Shown here: positions 1 to 14,300 of the stretch, in pieces
Position numbering within the stretch: position 1 is the stretch's first letter
Layout of the letters: each line of letters begins with the position of its first letter
Source: the human T2T-CHM13v2.0 reference genome, Homo sapiens
DNA: 64,000 nt
Reading direction: 5' to 3' (one strand)
NCBI RefSeq assembly: GCF_009914755.1
Contig: NC_060933.1
The notes under the pieces: generated by a model
Told to the model about the DNA's origin: nothing
The model's input: the letters and a program-made list of their open reading frames with translations, nothing else
Database searches by the model: none
Made by a program: the position numbers and the translations under genes

Positions 1-828
1 TCGATTGCAAAGGAATGGAATAGAATGGAATGGAATGGAATGGAATGGAATTAACCCGAATAGAATGGAATGGAATGGAATGGAACGGAATGGAACGGAA
101 TGGAATGGAATGGAATGGAATGGAATGGAATGGTATGGAATGGAATGGAATGGTACGGAATAGAATGGAATGGAACGAATTGTAATGGAATGGAATTGAA
201 TGGAATGGAATGGAATGGAATGGAATCAACGCCAGTGCAGGGGAATGTAATGGAACGGAATGCAATGGAATGGAATCATCCGGAATGGAATGGAATGGAA
301 TGGAATGGAATGGAATCAACGCAAGTCCAGGGGAATGTAATGGAACGGAATGCAATGGAATGGAATCATCCGGAATGGAATGGAATGGAATGGAATGGAA
401 TGGAATCAACCCGAGGGCAATGGAATGGTGTGGAATGGAATGGAATGGAATGGAACAACCCGAATGGAATGGAATGTAATGGAGAGTAAGGTAGTTGAAT
501 AGAATCAATCCGAATGTAATGGAATGGAATGCAACGGAATGGAATGGAATGGAATGGAATGGAATGCAATGGAATTGAATCAACCCGAGTGCAATAGAAT
601 GGAATCGAATGGAATGGAATGCAATGGAATGGATTCAACTTGAATGGAATGGAAAGAATGGAATCAACACGAGTGGAATGGCATGGATTGGAATGGAATG
701 GAATGGAATCAACCCGAGTACAGGGGAATGGAATGGAGTGGAATGCAATGGAATGGAATCATCCGTAATGGAATGGAATGGAATGGAATGGAATGGAATG
801 GAATGGAATGGAATGGAATGGAATCATC

Positions 829-842
829 TCGATTGCAATCGA
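829..842. other. Perfect 14-bp palindrome TCGATTGCAATCGA; first of about 39 copies
   Basis: The sequence is its own reverse complement and recurs at a fixed module position (e.g. 2846, 4089, 5057, 5920, 62967). Confidence 0.9.
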
Positions 843-1029
843 ATGGAATGGAATGGAATTAACCGGAATAGAATGGAATGGAATGGAATGGAATGGAACG
901 GAACGGATTGGAATGGAATGGAATGGAATGGAATGGAACGGAACGGAACGAAATGGAATGGAATGGAATGGAACGTAATGGAATCAACGCGAGTGCAGGG
1001 GAATGGAATGGAATGGAATGCAATGGAAT

Positions 1030-1044
1030 GGAATCTTCCGGAAT
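1030..1044. promoter_or_regulatory. Perfect heat-shock element match (nGAAn-nTTCn-nGAAn = GGAAT-CTTCC-GGAAT); first of about 54 copies in the window
   Basis: Exact match to the three-unit HSF consensus. This is a sequence match only; binding is not shown. Confidence 0.6.
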
Positions 1045-4000
1045 GGAATGGAATGGAATGGAATGGAATGAAATGCAATGGATTCAACTCGATTGCAATG
1101 GAATGGAATAGAATGGAATGGAATGGAATGGAATGGAATGGAATTAATCCGAATAGAATGGAATGGAATGGAATGGAACGGAATGGAACGGAATGGAATG
1201 GAATGGAATGGAATGGAATGGTATGGAATGGAATGGAATGGTACGGAATAGAATGGAATGGTACGGAATAGAATGGAATGGAACGAATTGTAATGGAATG
1301 GAATTGAATGGAATGGAATGGAATGGAATGGAATCAACGCGAGTGCAGGGAAATGTAATGGAACGGAATGCAATGGAATGGAATCATCCGGAATGGAATG
1401 GAATGGAATGGAATGGAATGGAATGGAATGGAATCAACCCGAGTGCAATGGAATGTAACGGAGAGTAAGGGAGTTGAATAGAATCAATCCGAATGTAATG
1501 GAATGGAATGCAACGGAATGGAATGGAATGGAATGGAATGGAATGGAATGCAATGGAATTGAATCAACCCGAGTACAATGGAATGGAATGGAATGGAATG
1601 CAATGGAATGGAATCGAATGGAAAGATACGGAATAGAATGGAATGGAACGAAATGGAATGGAATGGAATGGAATGGAATGGAATGGAATCGTTCCGAGTG
1701 GAATACGAGGGAATGTATTCGAGTGGAATGGAAAGGAATGGTATCAACCAGAGTGGAATGGAAGGGAATGGAATGGAATGGAAACTAATAGAATGGAATC
1801 AACCCGAGTGGAATGGAATGGAAAGGACTGGAATGGAATGGAATGGAATGGAATCAACTCGGTTGTAATGGAATGGAATGGAATGGAATGGAATGGAATT
1901 AACCCGAATACATTGGAATGGAATGGAATGGAACGGAATGGAGTGGAATGGAATGGAATCAACCGAGTGCAGGGGAATGGAATGGAATGGAATGCAATGG
2001 AATGGAATCATCCGGAATGGAATGGAATGGAATGGAATGCAAAGCAATACAATCAACTCGATTGCAATGGAATGGAATGGAATGGAAAGGAATACATTGG
2101 AATCAACCCGAGTGGAATGGAATGGAAAGGACTGGAATGGAGTGGAATGGAAGGGAATGGAATCAACTCGATTGGAATGGAATGGAATGGAATGGAATGG
2201 AATTAACCCGAATAGAATGGAATGGAATGGAATGGAACGGAACGGAACGGAATGAAATGGATTGGAATGGAATGGAATGGAATGGAATGGAACGGAAAGG
2301 AATGGAATGGAATGGAATGGAATGGAATGGAATCAACGCGAGTGCAGGGGAATGGAATGGAATGGAATGCAATGGAATGGAATCTTCCGGAATGGAATGG
2401 AATGGAATGGAATGGAATGGAATGGAATGGAATCAACCCGAGTGCAGTGGAATGGAGTGGAATGGAATGGAATGGAATGGAACAACCCGAATGGAATGGA
2501 ATGTAATGGAGAGTAAGGGAGTTGAATAGAATCAATCCGAATGTAAAGGAATGGAATGGAACGGAATGGAATGGAATGGAATGCAATGGAATGGAATCAA
2601 CCCGAGTGCAATCGAATGGAATCGAATTGAATGGAATGCAATGGAATGGATTCAACTTGAATGGAATGGAAAGAATGGAATCAACACGAGTGGAATGGCA
2701 TGGATTGGAATGGCATGGAATGGAATCAACCTGAGTACAGGGGAGTGGAATGGAATGGAATGCAATGGAATGCAATCATCTGTAATGGAATGGAAAGGAA
2801 TGGAATGGAATGGAATGGAATGGAATGGAATGGAATGGAATCAACTCGATTGCAATCGAATGGAATGGAATGGAATTAACCCGAATAGAATGGAATGGAA
2901 TGGAATGGAACGGAATGGAATGGAATGGAATGGAATGGAATGGAACGGAATGGAATGGAATGGAATGGAATGGAATCAACGCGAGTGCAGGGCAATGGAA
3001 TGGAATGGAATGCAATGGAATGGAATCTTCCGGAATGGAATGGAATGGAATAGAATGGAATGAAATGCACTGGATTCAACTCGATTGCAATGGAATGGAA
3101 TAGAATGGAATGGAATGGAATGGAATGGAATTAGTCGGAATAGAATGGAATGGAATGGAATGGAACGGAATGGAACGGAATGGAATGGAATGGAATGGAA
3201 TGGAACGGTATGGAATGGAATGGAATGGTACGGAATAGAATGGAATGGAACGAATTGTAATGGAATGGAATTGAATGGAATGGAATGGAATGGAATGGAA
3301 TCAACGCGAGTGCAGGGGAATGTAATGGAACGGAATGCAATGGAATGGAATCATCCGGAATGGAATGGAATAGAATGGAATGGAATGGAATGGAATGGAA
3401 TGGAATCAACCCGAGTGCAATTGAATGGAGTGGAATGGAATGGAATGGAACAACCCCAATGGAATGGAATGTAATGGAGAGTAAGGGAGTTGAATAGAAT
3501 CAATCCGAATGTAATGGAATGGAATGCAACGGAATGGAATGGAATGGAATGCAATGGAATGCAATGGAATGGAATCAACCCGAGTACAATGGAATGGAAT
3601 GGAATGGAATGGAATGGAATGGAATGGAATAGAATGGAATGGAATGGAATGATACGGAATAGAATGGAATGGAACGAAATGGAATGGAATGGAATGGAAT
3701 GGAATGGAATGGAATGGAATCTTTCCGAGTGGAATAGGAGGGAATGTATTCGAGTGGAATGGAAAGGAATGGAATCAACCAGAGTGGAATGGAAGGGAAT
3801 GGAATGGAATGGAATGCAATGCAATAGAATGGAATCAACCCGAGTGCAATCGAATGGAATCAAATGGAATGGAATGCAATGGAATGGATTCAACTTGAAT
3901 GGAAAGGAAAGAATGGAATCAACACGAGTGGAATGGCATGGATTGGAATGGAATGGAATGGAATCAACCCGAGTACAGGGGAATGGAATGGAATGGAATG

Positions 4001-4684
4001 CAATGGAATGGAATCATCAGTAATGGAATGGAAAGGAATGGAAAGGACTGGAATGGAATGTAATGGAATGGAATGGAATGGAATCAACTCGATTGCAATC
4101 GAATGTAATGGAATGGAATTAACCCGAATAGAATGGAATGGAATGGAATGGAACGGAACGGAATGGAATGGAATGGAACGGAAAGGAATGGAATGGAATG
4201 GAATGGAACGGAATGGAATGGAATGGATTCAACGCGAGTGCAGGGGAATGGAATGGAATCGAATGGAATGGAAAGGAATGGAATGGAATCAACCCGAGTG
4301 CAGGGGAACGTAATGGAACGGAATGCAATGGAATGGAATCATCCGGAATGGAATGGAATGGAATGGAATGGAATCAACCCGAGTGCAATGGAATGGAGTG
4401 GAATGGAATGGAAAGGAATGGAACAACCCGAATGGAATGGAATGTAATGGAGAGTAAGGGAGTTGAAAAGAATCAATCCGAATGTAATGGAATGGAATGG
4501 AACGTAAAGGAATGGAATGGAATGGAATAGAATGCAATGGAAAGGAATCAACCCGAGTACAATGGAATGTAATGGAATGGAATGGAATGGAATGCAATGG
4601 AATGGAATCTTCCGGAATTGAATGGAATGGAATGGAATAGAATGGAATGGAATTAAAACGAATAGAATGGAATGGAATGAAATG

Positions 4685-6150
4685 GAATGGAATCAACTCG
4701 ATTGGAATGGAATGGAATGGAATTAACCCGAATAGAATGGAATGGAATGGAATGGAACGGAACGGAACGGAATGGAATGGAATGGAATGGAATGGAATGG
4801 AATGGAATGGAATCAACCCGACTGCAGGGGAATGGAATGGAATGGAATGCAATGGAATGGATTCATCTTGAATGGAATGGAAAGAATGGAATCAACACGA
4901 GTGGAATGGCATGGATTAGAATGGAATGGAATGGAATCAACCAGAGTATAGGGGAATGGAATGGAATGGAATGCAATGGAATGGAATCATCCGTAATGGA
5001 ATGGAAAGGAATGGAATCGAATGGAATGGAATGGAATGGAATGGAATGGAATCAACTCGATTGCAATCGAATGGAATGGAATGGAATTAACCCGAATAGA
5101 ATGGAATGGAATGGAATGGAACGGAACGGAATGGAATGGAATGGAATGGAATGGAATGGAATGGAACGGAAAGGAAGGGAATGGAATGGAATAGAATGGA
5201 ATGGAATGGAATCAACGCGAGTGCAGGGGAATGGAATGGAATGGAATGCAATGGAATGGAATCTTCCGGAATGGAATGGAATGGAATGGAATGGAATGGA
5301 ATGGAATGGAATGGAATGGAATCAACCCGAGTGCAATGGAATGGAGTGGAATGGAATGGAATGGAATGGAACAACCCGAATTGAATGGAATATAATGGAG
5401 AGTAAGGGAGTTGAATAGAATCAATCCGAATGTAATGGAATGGAATGGAACGGAATGGATTTGAATGGAATGGAATGGAATGCAATGGAATGGAATCAAC
5501 CCGAGTGCAATGGAATGGAGAGGAATGGAATGGAATAGAATGGAAACTACCCGAATGGAATGGAATGTAATGGAGTGTAAAGGAATTGAATAGAATCAAT
5601 CCGAATGTAATGGAATGGAATGGAACGGAATGGAATGGAATGGAATGGAATGCAATGGAATGGAATCAACCCGAGTGCAATCGAATGGAATCGAATGGAA
5701 TGGAATGCAATGGAATGGATTCAACTTGAATGGAATGGAAAGAATGGAATCAACACGAGTGGAATGGCATGGATTGGAATGGAATGGAATGGAATCAACC
5801 TGAGTACAGGGGAATGGAATGGAATGGAATGCAATGGAATGGAATCATCCGTAATGGAATGGAAAGGAATGGAATGGAATGGAATGGAATGGAATGGAAT
5901 GGAATGGAATGGAATCAACTCGATTGCAATCGAATGGAATGGAATGGAATTAACCCGAATAGAATGGAATGGAATGGAATGGAATGGAACGGAATGGAAT
6001 GGAATGGAAAGCAATGGAACGGAACGGAATGGAATGGAATGGAATGGAATGGAATGGAATGGAATCAGCGCGAGTGCAGGGGAATGGAATGGAATGGAAT
6101 GCAATGGAATGGAATCTTCCGGAATGGAATGGAATGGAATGGAATGGAAT
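4685..6150 (+). repeat. ~1.45 kb duplicated segment, copy 1 (copy 2 at ~6910-8345, related partial copy from ~8520)
   Basis: Shared rare variants: CATCTTG (4864, 7080, 8691), TATAGGGG, CCGAATTGAATGGAATATAAT, GGATTTGAAT and CAGCGCGAG. Offset is about 2.2 kb. Boundaries are approximate. Confidence 0.85.
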
Positions 6151-6909
6151 GAAATGCAATGGATTCAACTCGATTGCAATGGAATGGAATAGAATGGAAT
6201 GGAATGGAATGGAAAGGAATTAATTCGAATAGAATGGAATGGAATGGAATGGAACGGAATGGAACGGAATGGAATGGAATGGAATGCAATGGAATGGTAT
6301 GGAATGGAATGGAATGGTACGGAATAGAATGGAATGGAACGAATTGTAATGGAATGTAATTGAATTGAATTGAATGGAATCAACGCGAGTGCAGGGGAAT
6401 GTAATGGAACGGAATGCAATGGAATGGAATCATCCGGAATGGAATGGAATGGAATGGAATGGAATGGAATGGAATGGAATGGAATCAACCCGAGTGCAAT
6501 GGAATGGAGTGGAATGGAATGGAATGGAACAACCCGAATGGAATGGAATGTAATGGAGAGTAAGGGAGTTGAATAGAATCAATCCGAATGTAATGGAATG
6601 GAATGCAACGGAATGGAATGGAATGGAATGGAATTAACCCGAATACAATGGAATGGAATGGAATGGAATGGAATGGAGTGGAATGGAATGGAATCAACCC
6701 GAGTGGAGGGGAATGGAATGGAATGGAATGCAATGGAATGGAATCATCCGGAATGGAATGGAATGGAATGGAATGGAATGCAAAACAATGGAATCAACTC
6801 GATTGCAATGGAATGCAATGGAATGCAAAGGAATACATTGGAATCAACCCGAGTGGAATGGAATGGAAAGGACTGGAATGGAGTGGAATGGAATGGAATG
6901 GAATGGAAT

Positions 6910-8345
6910 GGAATCAACTCGATTGGAATGGAATGGAATGGAATTAACCCGAATAGAATGGAATGGAATGGAATGGAACGGAACGGAACGGAATGGAATG
7001 GAATGGTATGGAATGGAATGGAATGGAATCAACCCGACTGCAGGGGAATGGAATGGAATGGAATGCAATGGAATGGATTCATCTTGAATGGAATGGAAAG
7101 AATGGAATCAACACGAGTGGAATGGCATGGATTGGAATGGAATGGAATGGAATCAACCAGACTATAGGGGAATGGAATGGAATGGAATGCAATGGAATGG
7201 AATCATCCGTAATGGAATGGAAAGGAATGGAATCGAATGGAATGGAATGGAATTGAATGGAATGGAATCAACTCGATTGCAATCGAATGGAATGGAATGG
7301 AATTAACCCGAATAGAATGGAATGGAATGGAATGGAACGGAACGGAATGGAATGGAATGGAATGGAATGGAATGGAACGGAAAGGAAGGGAATGGAATGG
7401 AATAGAATGGAATGGAATGGAATCAACGCGAGTGCAGGGGAATGGAATGGAATGGAATGCAATGGAATGGAATCTTCCGGAATGGAATGGAATGGAATGG
7501 AATGGAATGGAATGGAATCAACCCGAGTGCAATGGAATGGAGTGGAATGGAATGGAATGGAATGGAACAACCCGAATTGAATGGAATATAATGGAGAGTA
7601 AGGGAGTTGAATAGAATCAATCCGAATGTAATGGAATGGAATGGAACGGAATGGATTTGAATGGAATGGAATGGAATGCAATGGAATGGAATCAACCCGA
7701 GTGCAATGGAATGGAGAGGAATGGAATGGAATAGAATGGAAACTACCCGAATGGAATGGAATGTAATGGAGTGTAAAGGAATTGAATAGAATCAATCCGA
7801 ATGTAATGGAATGGAATGGAACGGAATGGAATGGAATGGAATGGAATGCAATTGAATGGAATCAACCCGAGTGCAATCGAATGGAATCGAATGGAATGGA
7901 ATGCAATGGAATGGATTCAACTTGAATGGAATGGAAAGAATGGAATCAACACGAGTGGAATGGCATGGATTCGAATGGAATGGAATGGAATCAACCCGAG
8001 TACAGGGGAATGGAATGGAATGGAATGCAATGGAATGGAATCATCCGTAATGGAATGGAAAGGAATGTAATGGAATGGAATGGAATGGAATGGAATGGAA
8101 TGGAATGGAATGGAATCAACTCGATTGCAATCGAATGGAATGGAATGGAATTAACCCGAATAGAATGGAATGGAATGGAATGGAATGGAACGGAATGGAA
8201 TGGAATGGAATGCAATGGAACGGAACGGAATGGAATGGAATGGAATGGAATGGAATGGAATGGAATCAGCGCGAGTGCAGGGGAATGGAATGGAATGGAA
8301 TGCAATGGAATGGAATCTTCCGGAATGGAATGGAATGGAATGGAA
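6910..8345 (+). repeat. ~1.45 kb duplicated segment, copy 2
   Basis: Collinear with 4685-6150. Minus-strand ORFs 5087..5599 and 7268..7795 translate almost identically. Confidence 0.85.
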
Positions 8346-11300
8346 TGGAATCAACCCGAGTGCAATGGAATGGAGTGGAATGGAATGGAATGGAATGGAA
8401 CAACCCGAATGGAATGGAATGTAATGGAGAGTAAGGGAGTTGAATAGAATCAATCCGAATGTAATGGAATGGAATGGAACGGAATGGAATTGAATGGAAT
8501 GGAATGGAATGGAATGGAATCAACTCGATTGGAATGGAATGGAATGGAATTAACCCGAATACAATGGAATGGAATGGAATGGAACGGAACGGAACGGAAT
8601 GGAATGGAATGGAATGGAATGGAATGGAATGGAATGGAATCAACCCGACTGCAGGGGAATGGAATGGAATGGAATGCAATGGAATGGATTCATCTTGAAT
8701 GGAATGGAAAGAATGGAATCAACACGAGTGGAATGGCATGGATTGGAATGGAATGGAATGGAATCAACCCGAGTACAGGGGAATGGAATGGAATGGAATG
8801 CAATGGAATGGAATCATCCGTAATGGAATGGAAAGGAATGGAAAGGAATGGAATGGAATGGAATGGAATGGAATGGAATGGAATGGAATCAACTCGATTG
8901 CAATCGAATGGAATGGAATGGAATTAACCCGAATAGAATGGAATGGAGTGGAATGGAATGGAACGGAACGGAATGGAATGGAATGGAATGGAATGGAATG
9001 GAATGGAATGGAACGGAAAGGAATGGAATGGAATGGAATGGAATGGAATGGAATGGAATCAACGTGAGTGCAGGGGAATGGAATGGAATGGAATGCAATG
9101 GAATGGAATCTTCCGGAATGGAATGGAATGGAATGGAATGGAATGGAATGGAATGGAATAAACCCGAGTGCAATGTAATGGAGTGGAATGGAATGGAATG
9201 GAATGGAACAACCCGAACGGAATGGAATGTAATGGAGAGGAAGGGAGTTGAATAGAATCAATCCGAATGTAATGGAATGGAATGGAACGGAACGGAATTG
9301 AATGGAATGGAATGGAATGCAATGGAATGGAATCAACCCGAGTGCAATGAAATGGAGAGGAATGGAATGGAATGGAATGGAAACTACCCGAATGGAATGG
9401 AATGTAATGGAGTGTAAGGGAATTGAATAGAATCAATCCGAATGTAATGTAATGGAATGGAATGGAATGGAATGGAATGGAATGGAATGCAATGGAATGG
9501 AATCAACCCGAGTGCAATCGAATGGAATCGAATGGAATGGAATGCAATGGAATGGATTCAACTTGAATGGAATGGAAAGAATGGAATCAACACGAGTGGA
9601 AGGGCATGGATTGGAATGCAATGGAATGGAATCAACCCGAGTACAGGGGAATGGAATGGAATGGAATGCAATGGAATGGAATCATCCGTAATGGAATGGA
9701 AAGGAATGGAATGGAATGGAATGGAATGGAATGGAATGGAATGGAATCAACACGATTGCAATCGAATGGAATGGAATGGAATTAACCCGAACAGAATGGA
9801 ATGGAATGGAATGGAACGGAACGGAATGGAATGGAATGGAATGGAATGGAATGGAATGGAACGGAACGGAATGGAATGGAATGGAATGGAATGGAATCAA
9901 AGCGAGTGCAGGGGTATGGAATGGAATGGAAAGTAATGGAATGGAATCTTCCGGAATGGAATGGAATGGAATGGAATGGAATGAAAGGCAATGGATTCAA
10001 CTCGATTGCAATGGAATGGAATAGAATGGAATGGAATGGAATGGAATGGAATGCAATTGAATGGAATGGAATGCCTTCAAACCGAATGGAATTGAAAGGA
10101 ATGGAATCAACACGAGTGGAAAAGAATGGAATGGAAAGGACTGGAATGGAATGGAATGGAATGGAATGGAATGGAATGGAATCAACTCGATTGTAATGGA
10201 ATGGAATGGAATGGAATGGAATGGAATGGAATGGAATGGAATTAACACGAATAAAATTGAATGGAATGGAATGGAACGGAATGGAGTGGAATGGAATGGA
10301 ATCAACCCGAGTGCAGGGGAATGGAATGGAATGGAATGCAATGGAATGGAATCATCCGGAATGGAATGGAATGGAATGGAATGCAAAGCAGTGGAATCAA
10401 CTCGATTGCAATGGAATGGAATGGAATTGAAAGGAATAGAATGGAATCAACCCGAGTGTAATGGAATGGAAAGGACTGGAATGGAGTGGAATGGAATGGA
10501 ATGGAATGGAATGGAATCAACTCGATTGGAATGGAATGGAATGGAATGGAATGGAATGGAATTAACCCGAATAGAATGGAATGGAATGGAATGGAACGGA
10601 ATGGAATGGAATGGAATGCAATGGAATGGAATCAACACGACTGCAGGGGAATGGAATGGAATGGAATGGAATGGAATGGAATGGAATCATCCGCAACGGA
10701 ATGGAATGGAATGGAATGGAATCAACTCGATTGCAATGGAATGGAATGGAATGGAATGGAATGGAAGGGAAGGAAATGGAATGTAATCAACCCGAGTGCA
10801 GGGGAATGGAATGGAACGGAATGCAATGGAATGGAATCATCCGGAATGGAATGGAATGGAATGGAATGGAATGGAATGGAATGGTATCAACCCGAGTGCA
10901 GGGGAATGTAATGGAACGGAATGCAATGGAATGGTATCATCCGGAATAGAATGGAATGGAATGGAATGGAATGGAATGGAATGGAATCAACCCGAGTGCA
11001 ATGGAATGGAGTGGAATGGAATGGAATGGAATGGAACAACCCGAATGGAATGGAATGTAATGGAGAGTAAGGGAGTTGAATAGAATCAATCCGAATGTAA
11101 TGGAATGGAATGCAACGGAATGGAATGGAATGGAATGCAATGGAATGGAATGGAATGGAATGCAAAGGAATGGAATCAACCCGAGTGGAATGGAATGGAA
11201 TGGATTGCAATGGATTGGAATGGAATGGAATCAACTCGAGTGGAAAGGAATGGAATGGAATGGAAAGGAATGGAATGAAGTCAACTCGAGTGGAATGGAA

Positions 11301-14300
11301 TGGAATGGAATGGATTGGAATGGATTGCAATGGAATGAAATGGAATGGAATGGAATGGAATCAATCATTCCGAGTGGAATGGAAGGGAATGTAATGGAGT
11401 GGAAAGAAGGGAATGGAATCAACCCGAGTGGAATGCAAGGCAATGGAATGGAATGGAAAGGAATGGAATGGAATCAACTCGATTGCAATGGAATGGAATG
11501 GAATGGAATGGAATGGAATGGAATTAACCGGAATAGAATGGAATGGAATGGAATGGAACGGAATGGAACGGAATGGAATGGAATGGAATGGAATGGAATG
11601 CAATGGAATTGAATCAACCCGAGTACAATGGAATGGAATGGAATGGAATGGAATGGAATGGAATGGAATCGTTCTGAGTGGAATAGGAGGGAATGTATTC
11701 GAGTGGAATGGAAAGGAATGGAAAAAACCTGAGTGGAATGGAAGGGAATGGAATTGAATGGAAACTAATAGAATGGAATCAACCCGAGAGGAATGGAATG
11801 GAAAGGACTGGAATGGAATGGAATGGAATGGAATTAACTCGATTGTAATGGAATGGAATGGAATGGAATGGAATTGAATGGAATGGAATTAACCCGAATA
11901 CAATGCAATGGAATGGAATGGAACGGAATGGTGTGGAATCGAATGGAATCAACCCGAGTGCAGGGGAATGGAATGGAATGGAATGCAATGGAATGGAATC
12001 ATCCGGAATGGAATGGAATGGAATGGAATGAAAAGCAATGGAATCAACTCGATTGCAATGGAATGGAATGGAATGGAAAGGAATACATTGGAATCAACCC
12101 GAGTGGAATGGAATGGAAAGGAGTGGAATGGAGTGGAATGGAATGGAATGCAATCAACTCGATTGGAATGGAATGGAATGGAATGGAATGGAATGGAATT
12201 AATCCGAATAGAATGGAATGGAATGGAATGGAATGGAATGGAATGGAATGGAATGGAATGGAATGGAATCAACCCGAGTGCAATGGAATGGAGTGGAATG
12301 GAATGGAATGGAATGGAACAACTCGAATGGAATGGAATGTAATGGAGAGTAAGGGAGTTGAATAGAATCAATCCGAATGTAATGGAATGGAATGGAACGG
12401 AATGGAATTGAATGGAATGGAATGGAATGCAATGGAATGGAATCAACCCGAGTGCAATGGAATGGAGAGGAATGGAATGGAATGGAATGGAAACTACCCG
12501 AATGGAATGGAATGTAATAGAGTGCAAAGGAATTGAATACACTCAATCCGAATGTAATGCAATGGAATGGAACGGAATGGAATGGAATGGAATGGAATGC
12601 AATGGAATGGAATCAACCCGAGTGCAATCGAATGGAATCGAATGGAATGGAATGCAATGGAATGGATTCAACTTGAATGGAATTGAAAGAATGGAATCAA
12701 CACGAGTGGAATGGCATGGTTTGGAATGGAATGGAATGGAATCAACCCGAGTACAGGGGAATGGATTGGAATGAAATGCAATGGAATGGAATCATCCGTA
12801 ATGGAATGGAAAGGAATGGAATGGAATGGAATGGAATGGAATGGAATGGAATGGAATTAACCCGAATAGAATGGAATGGAATGGAACGGAACGGAATGGA
12901 ATGGAATGGAATGGAATGGAACGGAACGGAACGGAACGGAATGGAATGGAATGGAATGGAATGGAATGGAATCTACGCGAGTGCAGGGGAATGGAATGGA
13001 ATGGAATGCAATGGAATGGAATCTTCCGGAATGGAATGGAATGGAATGGAATGCAATGAAATGCAATGGATTCAACTCGATTGCAATGGAATGGAATAGA
13101 ATGGAATGGAATGGAATGGAATTAATTCGAATAGAATGGAATGGAATGGAATGGAACGGAATGGAACGGAATGGAACGGAATGGAATGGAATGGAATGGA
13201 ATGGAATGGAATTAACCCGAATAGAATGGAATGGAATGGAATGGAACGGAACGGAATGGAATGGAATGGAATGGAATGGAATGGAATGGAATGGAATCAA
13301 CCCGACTGCAGGGTAATGGAATGGAATGGAATGCATTGGAATGGATTCAACTTGAATGGAATGGAAAGAATGGAATCAACACGAGTGGAATGGCATGGAT
13401 CGGAAAGGAATGGAATGGAATCAAACCGAGTACAGGGGAATGGAATGGAATGGAATGCAATGGAATGGAATCATCCGTAATGGAATGGAAAGGAATGGAA
13501 TGGAATGGAATAGAATGGAATGGAATCAACTCGATTGCAATCGAATGGAATGGAATGGAATTAACCCGAATAGAATGGAATGGAATGCAATGGAACGGAA
13601 CGGAACGGAATGGAATGGATTGGAATGGAATGGAATGGAATGGAACGGAAAGGAATGCAATGGAATGGAATGGAATGGAATGGAATGGAATCAACGCGAG
13701 TGCAGGGGAATGGAATCGAATGGAATGCAATGGAATGGAATCTTCCGGAATGGAATGGAATGGAATGGAATGGAATCAACCCGAGTGCAATGGAATGGAG
13801 TGGAATGGAATGGAATGGAATGGAACAACCCGAATGGAATGGAATGTAATGGAGAGTAAGGGAGTTGAATAGAATCAATCCGAATGTAATGGAATGGAAT
13901 GGAACGGAATGGAATTGAATGGAATGGAATGGAATGCAATGGAATGGAATCAACCCGAGTGCAATGGAATGGAGAGGAATGGAATGGAATGGAATGGAAA
14001 CTACCCGAATGGAATGGAATGTAATGGAGTGTAAGGGAATTGAATAGAATCAATCCGAATGTAATGGAATGGAATGGAATGGAATGGAATGGAATGGAAT
14101 GCAATGCAATGGAATGGAATCAACCCGAGTGCAATCGAATGGAATCGAATGGAATGGAATGCAATGGAATGGATTCAACTTGAATGGAATGGAAAGAATG
14201 GAATCAACACGAGTGGAATGGCATGGATTGGAATGGAATGGAATGGAATCAACCCGAGTACAGGGGAATGGTATGGAATGGAATGCAATTGAATGGAATC

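Noticed and set aside
495-512. TTGAATAGAATCAAT as a DUX4-like or inverted-repeat site
   Set aside because: It mismatches the TAA half of the DUX4 consensus, and the dyad is short and imperfect, so a call is not supportable from sequence alone.
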